The notes under the pieces are model-generated. The model had not been told where the DNA came from, did no database searches, and saw nothing but the letters and a program-made list of their open reading frames with translations. Source: Octopus sinensis (taxonomy: Eukaryota). From it: a stretch of 64,000 nt of DNA. Shown here one piece after another: positions 1 through 13,339 of this stretch. The translations under genes and the position numbers were made by a program. The stretch lies in contig NC_043003.1 of NCBI RefSeq assembly GCF_006345805.1, forward strand, positions 75,578,001 through 75,642,000, in the 5' to 3' direction. Each line of letters begins with the position of its first letter. Position 1 is the stretch's first letter.

Positions 1-1180
1 CAGATAATTTTTAACAGCAAATATTATGACTAGATGTTCATTGTTCACTTAGCACTTAAGCATGGGAAACACAGTTGAACATTTTCAAATACATTTATCC
101 GCCATTCTAAACCGCCCATGAGCCTACAGTTCCGGCCCGTTACACTGTCGTTCATGTGGAGGTTTCCCCAGTACTTGACTGAACTACTTGGCCTATTTTC
201 TAGGTTAAATAATCTTTCCTTTTGCTTTTCTTGTTTCCCAATAGCTTTGATGTATGTATCTTGATTCTTTTCCACCAATCATACATTTTCTGAGACCCCT
301 TTGATCTCGCATGAACATGATGTCTTCATGCAAGTTTGCAAGTTTTTTTTCAGTTCTTTCTGTGTCTTTTTTATTATATTTTGGATATATTTCGACAGTA
401 AGTCAAAAAGATCAGGTAGCCGCTTTTTGGTGGAGTTCTCTAGTTTCTTCTGCTCTTTAAAAAGCATTTTTATTTCTAATTTTCTTTTTCTTTTTTGTCT
501 TCCGGTTCTTCCTTTTCTCATCGTATACTTATCAACATATTTGTAAATAAACACATTTTCTCACAAGGGATGCGGTCATCACTGGAAATAAAAAAAAAGA
601 TTTCAAAGTACTATGAAAATGAATATTTCCTTATACTTGTATAGTCACATCCCATAGACTGTGTAATTCCATGTTCTGTACATACAAACATTAAATATTA
701 GGAAAATAATCTCAGAATATGAAAAAACAACTTGTGTTTGGTACTGTTTACAATTCAATCTATTCTTTATGTATATTTAGTCAGACATAAAAAATGAGTC
801 ATCTAATAACATGTATATTATATATTTAGCTAGACCCTACTCTTCAGGGTATGAAATATCTAATAAAGCAGAACCTACTTAAATATATTTTCCAGTATCT
901 TTCATCCTTTTGTAGGATTTATTTCTATGTTTCTTGCATGCTTCGATAGTTCAAAAGATATCTTTACGTTGCCAAGTAGCTGCATTAGATATCCTTCCTA
1001 ATCAGTGGTAAAAGGGTTCTAATAATATTTCTCGGGTATATGTAAGTTATGTAAGAACAGTTGTCAAAATGTTGATAGGTAGACAATGGAGAAGGAAAGA
1101 GAAGGAAGACAAAAAAAGAAAAATTATTCATAATGAAATTTCAATTGGTTGACCACATCAGATTGAAAAGAACCGCGACC

Positions 1181-1204
1181 TCTCTCTCTCTATCTCTCTA
1201 TCTC

Positions 1205-1287
<83 letters not shown>

Positions 1288-1318
1288 CTATCTATCTATC
1301 TATCCATCTATATATCTA
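1181..1318. repeat. (TC)n/(TCTA)n microsatellite
   Basis: Direct reading; explains the YLSI-repeat ORF 1133..1438. Confidence 0.97.
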
Positions 1319-1624
1319 CACTTTCACATTCTTTACATATTTTCCTCTTTCTTGATTGTCCTGAAACCTCTCTCTCTCTCTGTCTTTATTTTCTCCCCCT
1401 CTTTGCTTTTCTTCTCTTCCCCCTTTATCCAACAATAACAAAATTTTTTTTTTTTTACTTTTAAGCAAAGCAAAAAACATACGATTAATATAAATTAACA
1501 TGGAAATGTTCTAATTTTATCATTTTGATTTTGTCTTGAGCAGTTCGATAAACGAACGAAAGCGTTGATAAAGATTATGCAAAATCCTGGCTAACTCACC
1601 TTCTCAATATGCATTTCTGTACAC

Positions 1625-1856
1625 CACTTCAAACACTCTGTCGTGTTTGACCGTTGAAATCTGCCCATTTGTTATTCTCTCCAAGTTTGTTTTTTTTTTC
1701 ACTTTTCTCCGTTTTATTTTCGCTTTTATCCTTTCTGTCGAAAAGCGTAGGCTCGAAACGTAAAAGACTACTCCATTCTTCCTGAGCGCTAAATTAACAC
1801 ACATGTTTGTTGTTCCTACACCTGTCTTCGTCCTTTGCTTTTGGCAAATTTGAACT
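1625..1856 (+). mobile_element. short non-coding interspersed element ending in (TA)n and carrying a degenerate hammerhead motif
   Basis: Pyrimidine-rich leader, then the HHR-like motif, then CTTCCTGAGCG, then a T-rich tail into TATATA. The layout matches 28988-29190. Left boundary approximate. Confidence 0.55.
1731..1766 (+). ncRNA. degenerate minimal type I hammerhead motif
   Basis: CUUU-CUGUCGAA-AAGC GUAG GCUC-GAAA-CG-UA-AAAG. Stem I is CUUU/AAAG, the core has A6>U and an extra A, and the first stem II pair is mismatched. Confidence 0.45.
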
Positions 1857-2039
1857 ATATATATATGTGTGTGTGTGTGTGTATACATGAATGCATACAT
1901 ACATACATATATATATATATACATATACATATATGAAGGAGTCTGCATTGATTGCCACGGTGTCCACTCCACTGCTCGATCATTGGAATGGTATACTTAT
2001 CGAGGTAATGAGTAAATAGCTTAAATAGCTGAATATTCA

Positions 2040-2410
2040 ACAGATATTTGCAAACTTTCCCTAATTTTGAAGCGCTGTACATCCGCAATCTGGCGCCCAG
2101 CGACTTCCATATGTTTGGTCCAATGTAAAATAGACTTCGAAAATAATGTTTTGAGAATACAGATGAGGTGAAGGTGAAGGTGACGAAGAGGATAAAACAG
2201 TAAACGACTGAATTATTTCGAAGCAACATGAATAGTTGGGTTCAACGAGGGTGTAAATGAATCGCTTGCGGCTGAGAGAGTATGACAAGTATTATCTCCA
2301 TAAAGAGGAAATGTTACTCTACGAACACGATCATTTTATAAAATATTTGCGATTTAAAATGAAAAAAAAGTCATATATACATTTTTATTACTTTCAGGTA
2401 AAAGCACGTG
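2040..2410 (+). mobile_element. mariner transposase C-terminal remnant
   Basis: About 2073-2125 translates LYIRNLAPSDFHMFGPM*, matching the mariner YSPDLAPSDYHLF motif. Stops are present. Confidence 0.6.
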
Positions 2411-2423
2411 CGTGTGTTCGTGC

Positions 2424-2425
<2 letters not shown>

Positions 2426-2508
<83 letters not shown>

Positions 2509-2656
2509 TATACGAATATATATGTATATATATGTGGAGACACATACACACAGTCTCACACACAGGCACTCACACAAGCACATGCACACACTTATATATA
2601 CATGCAATTATATATTTACACACACCTACAGATAGATACATTGATATATAAATAAT

Positions 2657-2734
<78 letters not shown>

Positions 2735-3016
2735 TTGTGGACGTATTTCTGCATATTCTTATGTTATGTAGTATTTTCATGAAATGTTCAAACAAGTACA
2801 TCCTTGGGTGAAATTCTCTGAATCAATTAGATGTTTCTTCTATCAATGTGTCTGAAATGGAAGAAGTAAAAGGAAGACATATAGCAACAACAACTCTATT
2901 GGTAATAATAGAAGTAACAATAAACAAGATATTCTACTACTACTACAACTAATACTAATACCACTACTAATAGTGCCGTCAGCACCACCACTACAACATC
3001 AATGATGATGACGATA

Positions 3017-3052
<36 letters not shown>

Positions 3053-3193
3053 ATGATTACGACGAAGACCAGGTCGAGGATGATAATACTAATAATAACA
3101 ATAAAAATAACAACAACAACAACAACAATAATAATAATGATAATAATAATAATGATAATAATAATAATAATAATGATAATAATAATAATAATA

Positions 3194-3234
<41 letters not shown>

Positions 3235-3272
3235 TAATAATAATAATAATAATGGTGATGATGATGATAATA
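2426..3272. repeat. cluster of (TA)n, (TAGA)n, (GAT)n and (TAA)n microsatellites
   Basis: Direct reading. Confidence 0.95.
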
Positions 3273-3543
3273 ATAAAATGAATCGTGAAGAAACTATTTA
3301 CTTTCGTGTAGCCGTAAGCAAAATATTGGTAAATATTCTTCCTAACTTATAATGCATGACAACCATATTTATATTTTATTCTGAGCATTGTAGCTGTTGC
3401 ATTTCTTTTCTATTAATATATTTCGATTTAGGTTTTTTTTTATCATTTCAAAGTTTTGTGTATGTAAGTATATGTTGAATCTATTTTTTTTTCATTTTAT
3501 AGATATATAGTTGGACAGGTAGGTAGATAGATAGATAGACACG

Positions 3544-4606
<1,063 letters not shown>

Positions 4607-4864
4607 AGATTTAGCAGTATTACAGAAATGTAAAGACGCAAAACACCAGCTTCCAGCAAGGTACTTATACAAGCGAACATAGACACAGCCACGTATAAGC
4701 ATATATACACTCACATACCTATTACATATACATATATGTATATATTATATTTATATATACACGAATCCGTTATCGGAAGGTAACGCCTTGCTGATAATTT
4801 GTACATATATACATATATATATATATGTATGTGCGTGTGTATGTATGTATTAATATATATATAT

Positions 4865-4983
4865 ATATTGTTATATTTCGGAATGGTCATATTGCCAGTT
4901 TAGCCAATAAAAACACACGCACTATATATATTTGGTGTTATTTTGCTTCAGTGATATTTATTTTTTACATTAATCTTAATCTT
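4865..4983. repeat. 119-bp inverted repeat, left arm (partner 7957-8075)
   Basis: ATATTGTTATATTTCGGAATGGTC...TAATCTTAATCTT is the reverse complement of 7957-8075. Confidence 0.95.
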
Positions 4984-4990
4984 ATTTCGG

Positions 4991-5030
4991 CAAAAGTTCT
5001 TTCGTCACACTCCTGTGACCGCATCAGTGG
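4991..5030 (-). ncRNA. hammerhead-like motif in the PLE 3' pLTR (non-canonical or degenerate)
   Basis: Minus strand reads CCA-CUGAUGCG-GUCAC AGGAGU GUGAC-GAAA-GAAC-UU-UUG. Stem II is a perfect 5 bp, A9 is altered and stem I is weak. Confidence 0.5.
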
Positions 5031-5399
5031 TCCTTTGTTTTCTTCTCACTTATTTGTGTCTCTCCTTACTAACCGTCAGCCATTTTGTATTTCTATTGTA
5101 TGTCTTCATTTGCGCATGCTTATATCTCTATGTGCGTCTATGTTTATTTAGTGTCTGTGGGGGGATGCCTGTATTATTTGTATCTTCTGTTTATATACAT
5201 TCTTGTAATTTGTATTTTGTTTTTGTTGTTGTTGCTTTTGTTCTAAGTTTGTTCATGTGTTTACATCCACCCATTATTATCATTACATATGATTGTATGT
5301 ATGTATAACAACAATATTAGTAATAATAATAATAAATCTAATCGAAAAAAAACAATATATATATATATATACATACATATACATATACATACATATATA

Positions 5400-5446
<47 letters not shown>

Positions 5447-5568
5447 TATACACATATATATACATATACACACATACATACATAGATACATATATACATA
5501 TATATAGTTATTCATTTCTATTTCTTTAATTATCTGTGTATTTATTATGTTTGCAGGATCCATTATCG

Positions 5569-7918
5569 TCATATGTTGTGGTGTGTGCTATTGCTCCATT
5601 CTAGTTTTCTATTCAGGCTAGGTTTATTTTCTATTATATGTGTAGCTTCTGTAATTTGTCTAATTGTTGCATCTGTTCTATGTGTGGACAATATCTTAAT
5701 CTCTATGTTATTGATTGGTCCCCCGTGTTCCTGTTCGGCGTGTTGGTACAGAATCGATGAGCTCTTACCTTTCTTGAGTTGTCTCCAATGTTCATTCACC
5801 CGCTCTCCAATGCTTCTTGCTGTTTCCCCTACCTATGTTACTGTCTTGTTACTGCATCGTCCCTCTATACATCTTATACTATAGACCACATTTCTGGCTT
5901 TACAGTTTGTTTGTGGGCTAAATCTACATACAGTGCAATAGTTATCCGTACAGAGGGTTCTACTAAAAGGATAGGTTCTACCAATTATAGATCTGATAGG
6001 GTTGCCTGGCTTTTCAACAACCTTAATTCTTAGTTTAAGTTTATCTAGGGTCCTTCTAAAGCGGTACGCCAGTTCACCTCCAGGGGTGGTGTCAACGAAC
6101 ATGACACTCTGGTATTTATGGCTATCATACCAAGAGTTGGCCTTCCCTATTTTCATTTTTGTCCTTTCTATAGTGTTTCATGACTTTTTCCTATAGAGTG
6201 GGCAAATCCCATTCCTATCATTACATAATATATTATCAAATTTCTTCATGGCTCCTTTGTATACTCTGATCCTTTCTTTATGGCTGTAACCTGAGAACTG
6301 CATGCGGTGAATGAAATACTGTATGTGTCTCTTTAATTCTGTAGGCTCGCACATGCGTGACACATTTCTCATTATTCTGAGGAGGTCTGCCATCAAAATA
6401 TTGAATTTGGCATTGCCCGCAATGGCTGAGTTCCGGTGGATCAGGTATTTTGAGGCCATAGGTTTTGCATAGTATGAATGAAGGATTTGGGTTTTATTTT
6501 TCACAATTTCTAGCCAGAGTTCAGTGTCTAGTACTGGTAGTCTATGGTTGGGGTGTTTAGTGGGGTAGTCTATTGTGACCTTAATACTCTGGTGGATGGA
6601 GTTAGCTATTTGCTGGATGCTCTCCATAGTATTAGTTTCTATTACTATATCAACATTACTCTCTTGTGGGGGTGCCTTTACTACTATGTTGATATCATCA
6701 ACATAGCGAGAGTACATGTTTACGAGTATGGATTTCTGCAGTAGGCATTCCTTAAGCCTTCTGTCCCACCATACCATGAAGAGGTTGGCCACATCACCAG
6801 CGACACTAACACCGATGGCTGCCCCCTCGTCCTGGGCATATATTTTATTATTAAATTTAAATGTGTGGCCTTTTAGGGTAACTCTTATACTAGCTCCTAG
6901 TGCATGTGCGATCATTTTCTTTACCTGATGGACATTTGCGGGGCTCCGTATGGCTCTGGTCCATCCGCGCCATCTTTCTATATGTGTCTTCCTAGCCATA
7001 GAAGTAATTGTAGGCGGTCTACCTCTTAAACATCTACTGGGGCAGAAACTACTAAGATTATGTTTATCTAAGTATTCACTATTATATGTCAGTCTAAGTA
7101 GGAGGCCCAGTTCTTCTGTGTCGACATTACAGAACTCCACCTGGCTCTCGTTGATCATCTCCACGCACTTCTCCACTGCCTGCAAAATCTACGTCAATCG
7201 ATGGGTATAGGGATACCACATCCATGCTACCTACTATACATCCTGTCAAGTCACAAGTTTTGTTACAGTCACTGATCCTGCTTAGGAGATCTTCTGTGCT
7301 GTCACACACATCCGGTGACATCCTGATTATAGGGCGTATGATCATTGAGAGGAAGTAGGAGATTCTGTAATTGCTAGCGATATTCGCTCCACAGACTGGT
7401 ATTGTTGGTGGTCCTGCTATAGGGTCAGTAAAATCTTTATGGTCCTTGCGAAGTCCATACAGTGCCGGGATATCATTGTTCCAGGCTTGGAAATTCTTTG
7501 CAGTACGTCTCTGGGGTCCCAGAACAATTGTCCACATCATCATGTGGGCATTGAGGACCTTTTCTCTCTCCTCATGCGCCTGTACAGTTGTTACGTTTGT
7601 ATTGGCGATATGAGGTTGCATTGCCTGGATGTAGTTCGGTAAGCTGTATATTGACATCCTGCCGGACTTATCTGTGGGAAGGCATATCACCTCTCCGTTC
7701 CTCGTGCGCTGAATGAGCTTCTGTAGGCCACATGCAGGTTTAATCCCGAGTTGTTGGGCATCTGTCTTATTCTGTCTCTGTCTCTTAATGTATAATCCTA
7801 AAATCTGTCTAAGTTTGGTCCTAGCTATAGTGAACTGTGCTTCCATGTGGTCATTAGTACGTCTTGGGATGTATACTCTTTTGTTGAAGGGTAATGTTGT
7901 TGGATAAATTCGGTTCAT
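5569..7918 (-). pseudogene. disrupted PLE reverse transcriptase / GIY-YIG endonuclease ORF
   Basis: ORFs 7127..7918, 6178..7185, 5833..6156 and 5569..5799 are consecutive pieces of one protein. It has a frameshift near 7190, a stop at 6178, and TAG in place of Tyr in the YVG motif near 5833. Confidence 0.92.
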
Positions 7919-8129
7919 GCAGTAAGTTTTGTCGCATACGTTGAAGAATTGAGTTGAAGATTAAGATTAATGTAAAAAATAAATATCACTGAAGCAAAAT
8001 AACACCAAATATATATAGTGCGTGTGTTTTTATTGGCTAAACTGGCAATATGACCATTCCGAAATATAACAATATCTGTTTCAACACACGACTTCACATA
8101 AAAAAATTTTGCACAACAAATATTTAAAC

Positions 8130-8204
<75 letters not shown>

Positions 8205-8497
8205 ATATATATATATTTCAACAATTGAGGGTAAAATTAATTAATTAATCAATTTCACCAAGTATTCAGTATACAAAGGGACCATTTAAGGCGAATTCAA
8301 ATTATTACATTATATAAAAGGGCTTAGTAAAATAAATTACTTTGCCGCATACTGAACTCATTAGAAATAGCAGCTAAAAAACTTTTTTTAAACTATTTCT
8401 AATACTTAAAGAAAACCTCTCTCATATAGTGTTTGCTCAATTCAACTCACGCAAATATAGGGGTAGAGACATTAAAAAATCAAGTGCAAAGGTTATT

Positions 8498-8549
8498 TGA
8501 GAACGTACGTTTCAAGATTAGTCAACTCGACATTTCTATCATCAGCTCA
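8498..8549 (-). ncRNA. type I hammerhead ribozyme (array A, copy 1)
   Basis: UGAG-CUGAUGA-U AGA AAU GUC GAGUU GAC UAA UCU U-GAAA-C GUAC G-UU-CUCA. Stem I is UGAG/CUCA and stem III is the palindrome ACGUACGU. Confidence 0.75.
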
Positions 8550-9053
8550 GAACTCCCTGGTTTGGATTTGAAAACACTGAAAGTGGGAGCATACCCTTTC
8601 GGCTTCCTCTCGCTTCTGAAGATCTGCTCCCAACTAACAGTGCCAACAAACCCAAAAATGCAAGCGAAGAATTTCTGCTCTCCCCTTTCCACCAGCGTGG
8701 GTTAAAATCAGTAAACACTATGCTTTTTTCGGTAAAGTCCGCGGCATTATATAGAGAGAGATGAATTATAATTTCAACAATTGAGGGTAAAATTAATTAA
8801 TTAATCAATTTCACCAAGTATTCAGTATGCAAAGGGACCATTTAAGGCGAATTCAAATTATTACATTATATAAAAGGGCTTAGTAAAATAAATTACTTTG
8901 CCGCATACTGAACTCATTAGAAATAGCAGCTAAAAAACTTTTTTAAAACTATTTCTAATACTTAAAGAAAACCTCTCTCATATAGTGTTTGCTCAATTCA
9001 ACTCACGCAAATATGGGGGTAGAGACATTAAAAAATCAAGTGCAAAGGTTATT

Positions 9054-9105
9054 TGAGAACGTACGTTTCAAGGTTAGTCAACACGACATTTCTATCAACA
9101 GCTCA
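9054..9105 (-). ncRNA. hammerhead copy with mutated core (array A, copy 2)
   Basis: Same motif, but the core reads CUGUUGA (plus strand TATCAACAGCTCAG) and stem II has a substitution. Confidence 0.65.
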
Positions 9106-9768
9106 GAACTCCCTGGTTTGGATTTGAAAACACTGAAAGTGGGAGCATACCCTTTCGGCTTCCTCTCGCTTCTGAAGATCTGCTCCCAACTAACAGTGCC
9201 AACAAACCCAAAAATGCAAGCGAAGAATTTCTGCTCTCCCCTTTCCACCAGCGTGGGTTAAAATCAGTAAACACTATGCTTTTTTCGGTAAAGTCCGCGG
9301 CATTATATAGAGAGAGATGAATTATAATTTCAACAATTGAGGGTAAAATTAATTAATTAATCAATTTCACCAAGTATTCAGTATGCAAAGGGACCATTTA
9401 AGGCGTATTCAAATTATTACATTATATAAAAGGGCTTAGTAAAATAAATTACTTTGCCGCATACTGAACTCATTAGAAATAGCAGCTAAAAAACTTTTTT
9501 AAAACTATTTCTAATACTTAAAGAAAACCTCTCTCAATTGTTGAAATTATAATTCATCTCTCTCTATATAATGCCGCGGACTTTACCGAAAAAAGCATAG
9601 TGTTTACTGATTTTAACCCACGCTGGTGGAAAGGGGAGAGCAGAAATTCTTCGCTTGCATTTTTGGGTTTGTTGGCACTGTTAGTTGGGAGCAGATCTTC
9701 AGAAGCGAGAGGAAGCCGAAAGGGTATGCTCCCACTTTCAGTGTTTTCAAATCCAAACCAGGGAGTTC

Positions 9769-9820
9769 TGAGCTGATGATAGAAATGTCGTGTTGACTAA
9801 TCTTGAAACGTACGTTCTCA
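9769..9820 (+). ncRNA. type I hammerhead ribozyme (array A, inverted arm)
   Basis: TGAG CTGATGA TAGAAATGTCGTGTTGACTAATCTT GAAA CGTACG TT CTCA. Confidence 0.75.
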
Positions 9821-10007
9821 AATAACCTTTGCACTTGATTTTTTAATGTCTCTACCCCCATATTTGCGTGAGTTGAATTGAGCAAACACTATATGAGAGA
9901 GGTTTTCTTTAAGTATTAGAAATAGTTTTAAAAAAGTTTTTTAGCTGCTATTTCTAATGAGTTCAGTATGCGGCAAAGTAATTTATTTTACTAAGCCCTT
10001 TTATATA

Positions 10008-10027
<20 letters not shown>

Positions 10028-10049
<22 letters not shown>

Positions 10050-12200
10050 CGCGTGAGTGGATAAAAGAAAGAACATCACTTAACCAATTTATTGGGAGTT
10101 ACATATATGAATCTAATTCCTATTCGCTCATATTAGTCTACTTCAAATTCGCTGGTACGCCTGAGTTTCAAGCGTGGTGCTATTCGTCAGCCATTTTGAA
10201 TCTGAATGATAGAAGTTGATTGTTATTACTGTAAGGTTGGCTGTTATTAATCGAGGAAGGCCACGCGGTGTCGTGGTTTGATGTTGGTATATGGGTAACA
10301 GTTAAATGGAAAATACCGCATGGTGAAAAGGAAATTGACCACGTGAGGGACAGGAAATAGACCACATAGCAAATAGGAAATTGTTCAGGTATTTTGGGAT
10401 ATGTATAAAGGGGCATCATGTGCAAGTATATAGTCCTATATATGAGTGAGTAGAAACGCTCGTATAGTTTTGTGTGCATGTGTTTATTGATGCGAGCTTG
10501 CCCATGTGTACCTGAGTCTGCGCACACACATTTAGGTTGGATGAACGCGTACACACATTCACATGCATAGGCACACATGCACACACATACATGCATACGC
10601 ACGTGTATACATTCATGTGTACATATATATATATATTCGCATGCATGTACGGAGGCATATCAGCGTGCGCGTACACGTGTGTATTCGCGAGTATACACGC
10701 GCAAAACAAGCGTTGGGAATTGGTAAGCTTTGGGAAGTGGTAAGCGTTCGTGATTGGTATACGTTGGGATTTGGCAAACGTTGAACATTGGTAAATAGCG
10801 GCCCTGCTCATGGGGTTATGTGGTAGCGGTGACCTTGCTGCACGTGGTGCACGGTAGCAGCTAGTGCTAAGATGGTATATCCAGGTTGTCGGCAGTTAGT
10901 GGTTTTAAACTTGCGCATACCTCTAGTGACAGCAATATGGTAAATCGTATTTCTCGATGATGTGCGGGTTGTTGAAGGATATGCAGGTTTTCGTAGAGGC
11001 ATGGCTGGCATTTGGGGGCGCCGCATGAATATGGTGGCTCTCTGTCGATAATAGTCCACTTGATGCTGGGTATTTCAATACGGAGACCATGGAGTCTCCA
11101 GAGAAAACGAGACAGGGAAGTATATTTGTCTCTGTTTCTGGATCTGAAGGAATGCATATGCTGGGAGTATCTTCTCTTAAAGTCATTAGTTGTCGTACCT
11201 GTATAGTGCCTAGTAATTCTATCGGAAGTTGTAAGTGTGGCTCTGTATACTACGGACCTTGAGGGGCATGAGCCTTCTAGAGAACCTCTAGGTTGAAAAG
11301 GGGTTTATACCATATACATTTTTTCCTCCTAATACTTTTGGGGTGAAGATAGGATGGTTGGCGCTCTTCCAAATATGGGAGTTTCTCAGGAAACCAGCTC
11401 CTAACCAAATCATCATTGTAGCGGATGGTGGCCGTGTGAAAGATCCCTCTATTTGCCGGATGATTAGTTAGTAGTTCACTAATGCCTGGAACCAGGTTTC
11501 TAATTACAGCGGGGGGATGGTTTGAGCACATGTGGATGTAAACTGTATCATCGTAAGGCTTACTGTACAGGCAATTATTGCCCCTACTGAGATCTACTAT
11601 ACGGGCAATACTTGCCCGCACTAAGATCCAGGAAATCGACCGTAGTTAGGTTGGTGGTAACCGTTACCTACAGGCCGAACTCCTTAAGTATTTTTATCAA
11701 GTCCTTCCTGATCCTATACTTGGTGTAGCCGTTCATATGACTTGAAATAGCTAGACCGTAGTTCCTTTAGAGGGCAGACATATGTGAGTGGGAACGTCTC
11801 TTGAGGGTATCCAAGATGCATAACCCAAAGAGGTCAGCGATTTCAGCCCCGTCAAAGCTCCCCATAGAGCCGTCGGACAATGGGTTGCCTTTTTCACACA
11901 GAAGAAATCGTCGTGGGCCAGAATTGATCTTCTGGCATTCATGATAACTCTGATGTCAAGATCACTAATGCTGGTATATCGCTCCTTCAACTGTGCCCTG
12001 AAGAATGGTATTGAGCAGGGACTTGCGACGGTATGTTTGACCGTACCTAGCAAGCTTACATTCTTTTACCTTCACAACAAGGGTTTTTTGTTTGCCAACA
12101 TAATTCTTGACTTGCTACATAGAAAGGCTGTTGGTGCTGTGTTCTGTGTATGGAATGTATGAGAGCGCACTAAAGCACCTGTGCTCATATTTCTTGATCA
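10028..12200 (-). mobile_element. second, more decayed Penelope-like element of a different clade (endonuclease with C-terminal KW...CxxC)
   Basis: Minus-strand fragments MGSFDGAEI (about 11840-11866), TVDFLDL, YSKPYDDTVYIHMCSNHPP and HSFR..TSLSRFLW..IKWTII..PYSCGAPKCQPCLYE. Multiple frameshifts. An HHR lies in the 3' terminal region abutting (TA)n. Right boundary approximate. Confidence 0.85.
10153..10193 (-). ncRNA. type I hammerhead ribozyme in the PLE2 3' pLTR
   Basis: UGG-CUGACGA-AUAGC ACCAC GCUU-GAAA-CUCAGGCG-UA-CCA. Canonical core, GUA cleavage triplet, stem I UGG/CCA. Confidence 0.75.
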
Positions 12201-12329
12201 TTCGTTCGATGTCAGTTGTAAGAATTCAGCTCCCATGAATATACAGAAAAGTTGAAGTCAGCAGGGTCTTGTACACTCTCAGTAATGCTGGAAAATTAAT
12301 GGAATTGCTTTTCTATAAGTTTATTTAGT

Positions 12330-12692
12330 TTAATCATGGTAGCAGGGTCTCAGAATATATGTATAATAATAATTGGAGAAACATTCAAAATAAAAAGACC
12401 TGGAAATAGAGGTAACCAGAATGTGGAATCTAAAAACAGAAACAATTCCTATCATAGTAGGTGCATTAGGCATGATAAAATGATATTCAGACAAATACAT
12501 AACAAAAACACAAGGACTTACAAACACATATAACATACAGACAATTGGACTATTAGGCACTGCACACATCCTATGCAGAACACTTTCCATACAATAACCA
12601 TCAGAGCATTACAACAAATCACAGCACATACCCAAGGCACACAGAGCTGCGCTCGGTAGTGAAGTGAAAGCACGCTATAAAAATAAAACTAA

Positions 12693-12694
<2 letters not shown>
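12330..12694 (+). mobile_element. 5'-truncated R4/Dong-type LINE tail followed by (TAA)n
   Basis: About 12370-12694 is near-identical to 40340-40662 (KDLEIEVTRMWNLKTETIPIIVGALG plus the 3' UTR). Confidence 0.92.
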
Positions 12695-12990
<296 letters not shown>

Positions 12991-13339
12991 GGAGTTAATT
13001 TACGGATAAGCAAGTTAGGCAGGTCGATATACAAAGAATATTTAATTCATTAAATACAAAAAAAAATTATATATGTTTGAATATCAACAAAGGTCCGATT
13101 TACACAGAATAGAAATAGTATCAAACATTAAAGGTGTTGAAAAGTGTACATACATACATACATACATACATACATACATACATACATACACATATATATA
13201 TATATATATCCATGTAGAGAGAGAGAGAGAGAATGAGAGAGTGTGTGAGAGAGAGACATTATGCACAAGGCTGAATAGAGATAGGAAGCGATAAAATCTA
13301 GGATGTAAAACAGTTAGTCTAGTTAGAGCACGCAGTGAT

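Larger units (their letters stand above)
4865..8130 (-). mobile_element. Penelope-like retroelement (probably Neptune-type), 5'-truncated, with an inverted pLTR segment, inserted in (TA)n
   Basis: RT motifs PTDKSG, LYGLRKDHK, GSMDVVSLYPSI, QDEGAAIG and RYVDD. Cys-rich linker CTDNYCTVC..C, then GIY-YIG (VVYSIRC..T*VGETARS..R..EH..E..LNRK). Inverted repeat 4865-4983/7957-8075; (TA)n on both sides. Confidence 0.93.
8215..10012. mobile_element. retrozyme-like array A: 556-bp monomer, about 2.4 tandem copies plus an inverted copy of about 480 bp, between (TA)n tracts
   Basis: Monomers start at 8215, 8771 and 9327. Inversion junction at 9533-9536 (CTCA microhomology). One HHR per full monomer. Confidence 0.88.

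Noticed and set aside
4865-8075. DNA transposon with 119-bp TIRs
   Set aside because: The interior encodes PLE RT/GIY-YIG rather than a transposase, and the right arm extends 55 bp beyond the repeat.
8433-9885. Repeated 90-aa ORF (MLNSTHAN...) as a multicopy gene
   Set aside because: TTG start, no recognisable domain, antisense to the ribozyme; the repetition simply follows the array.
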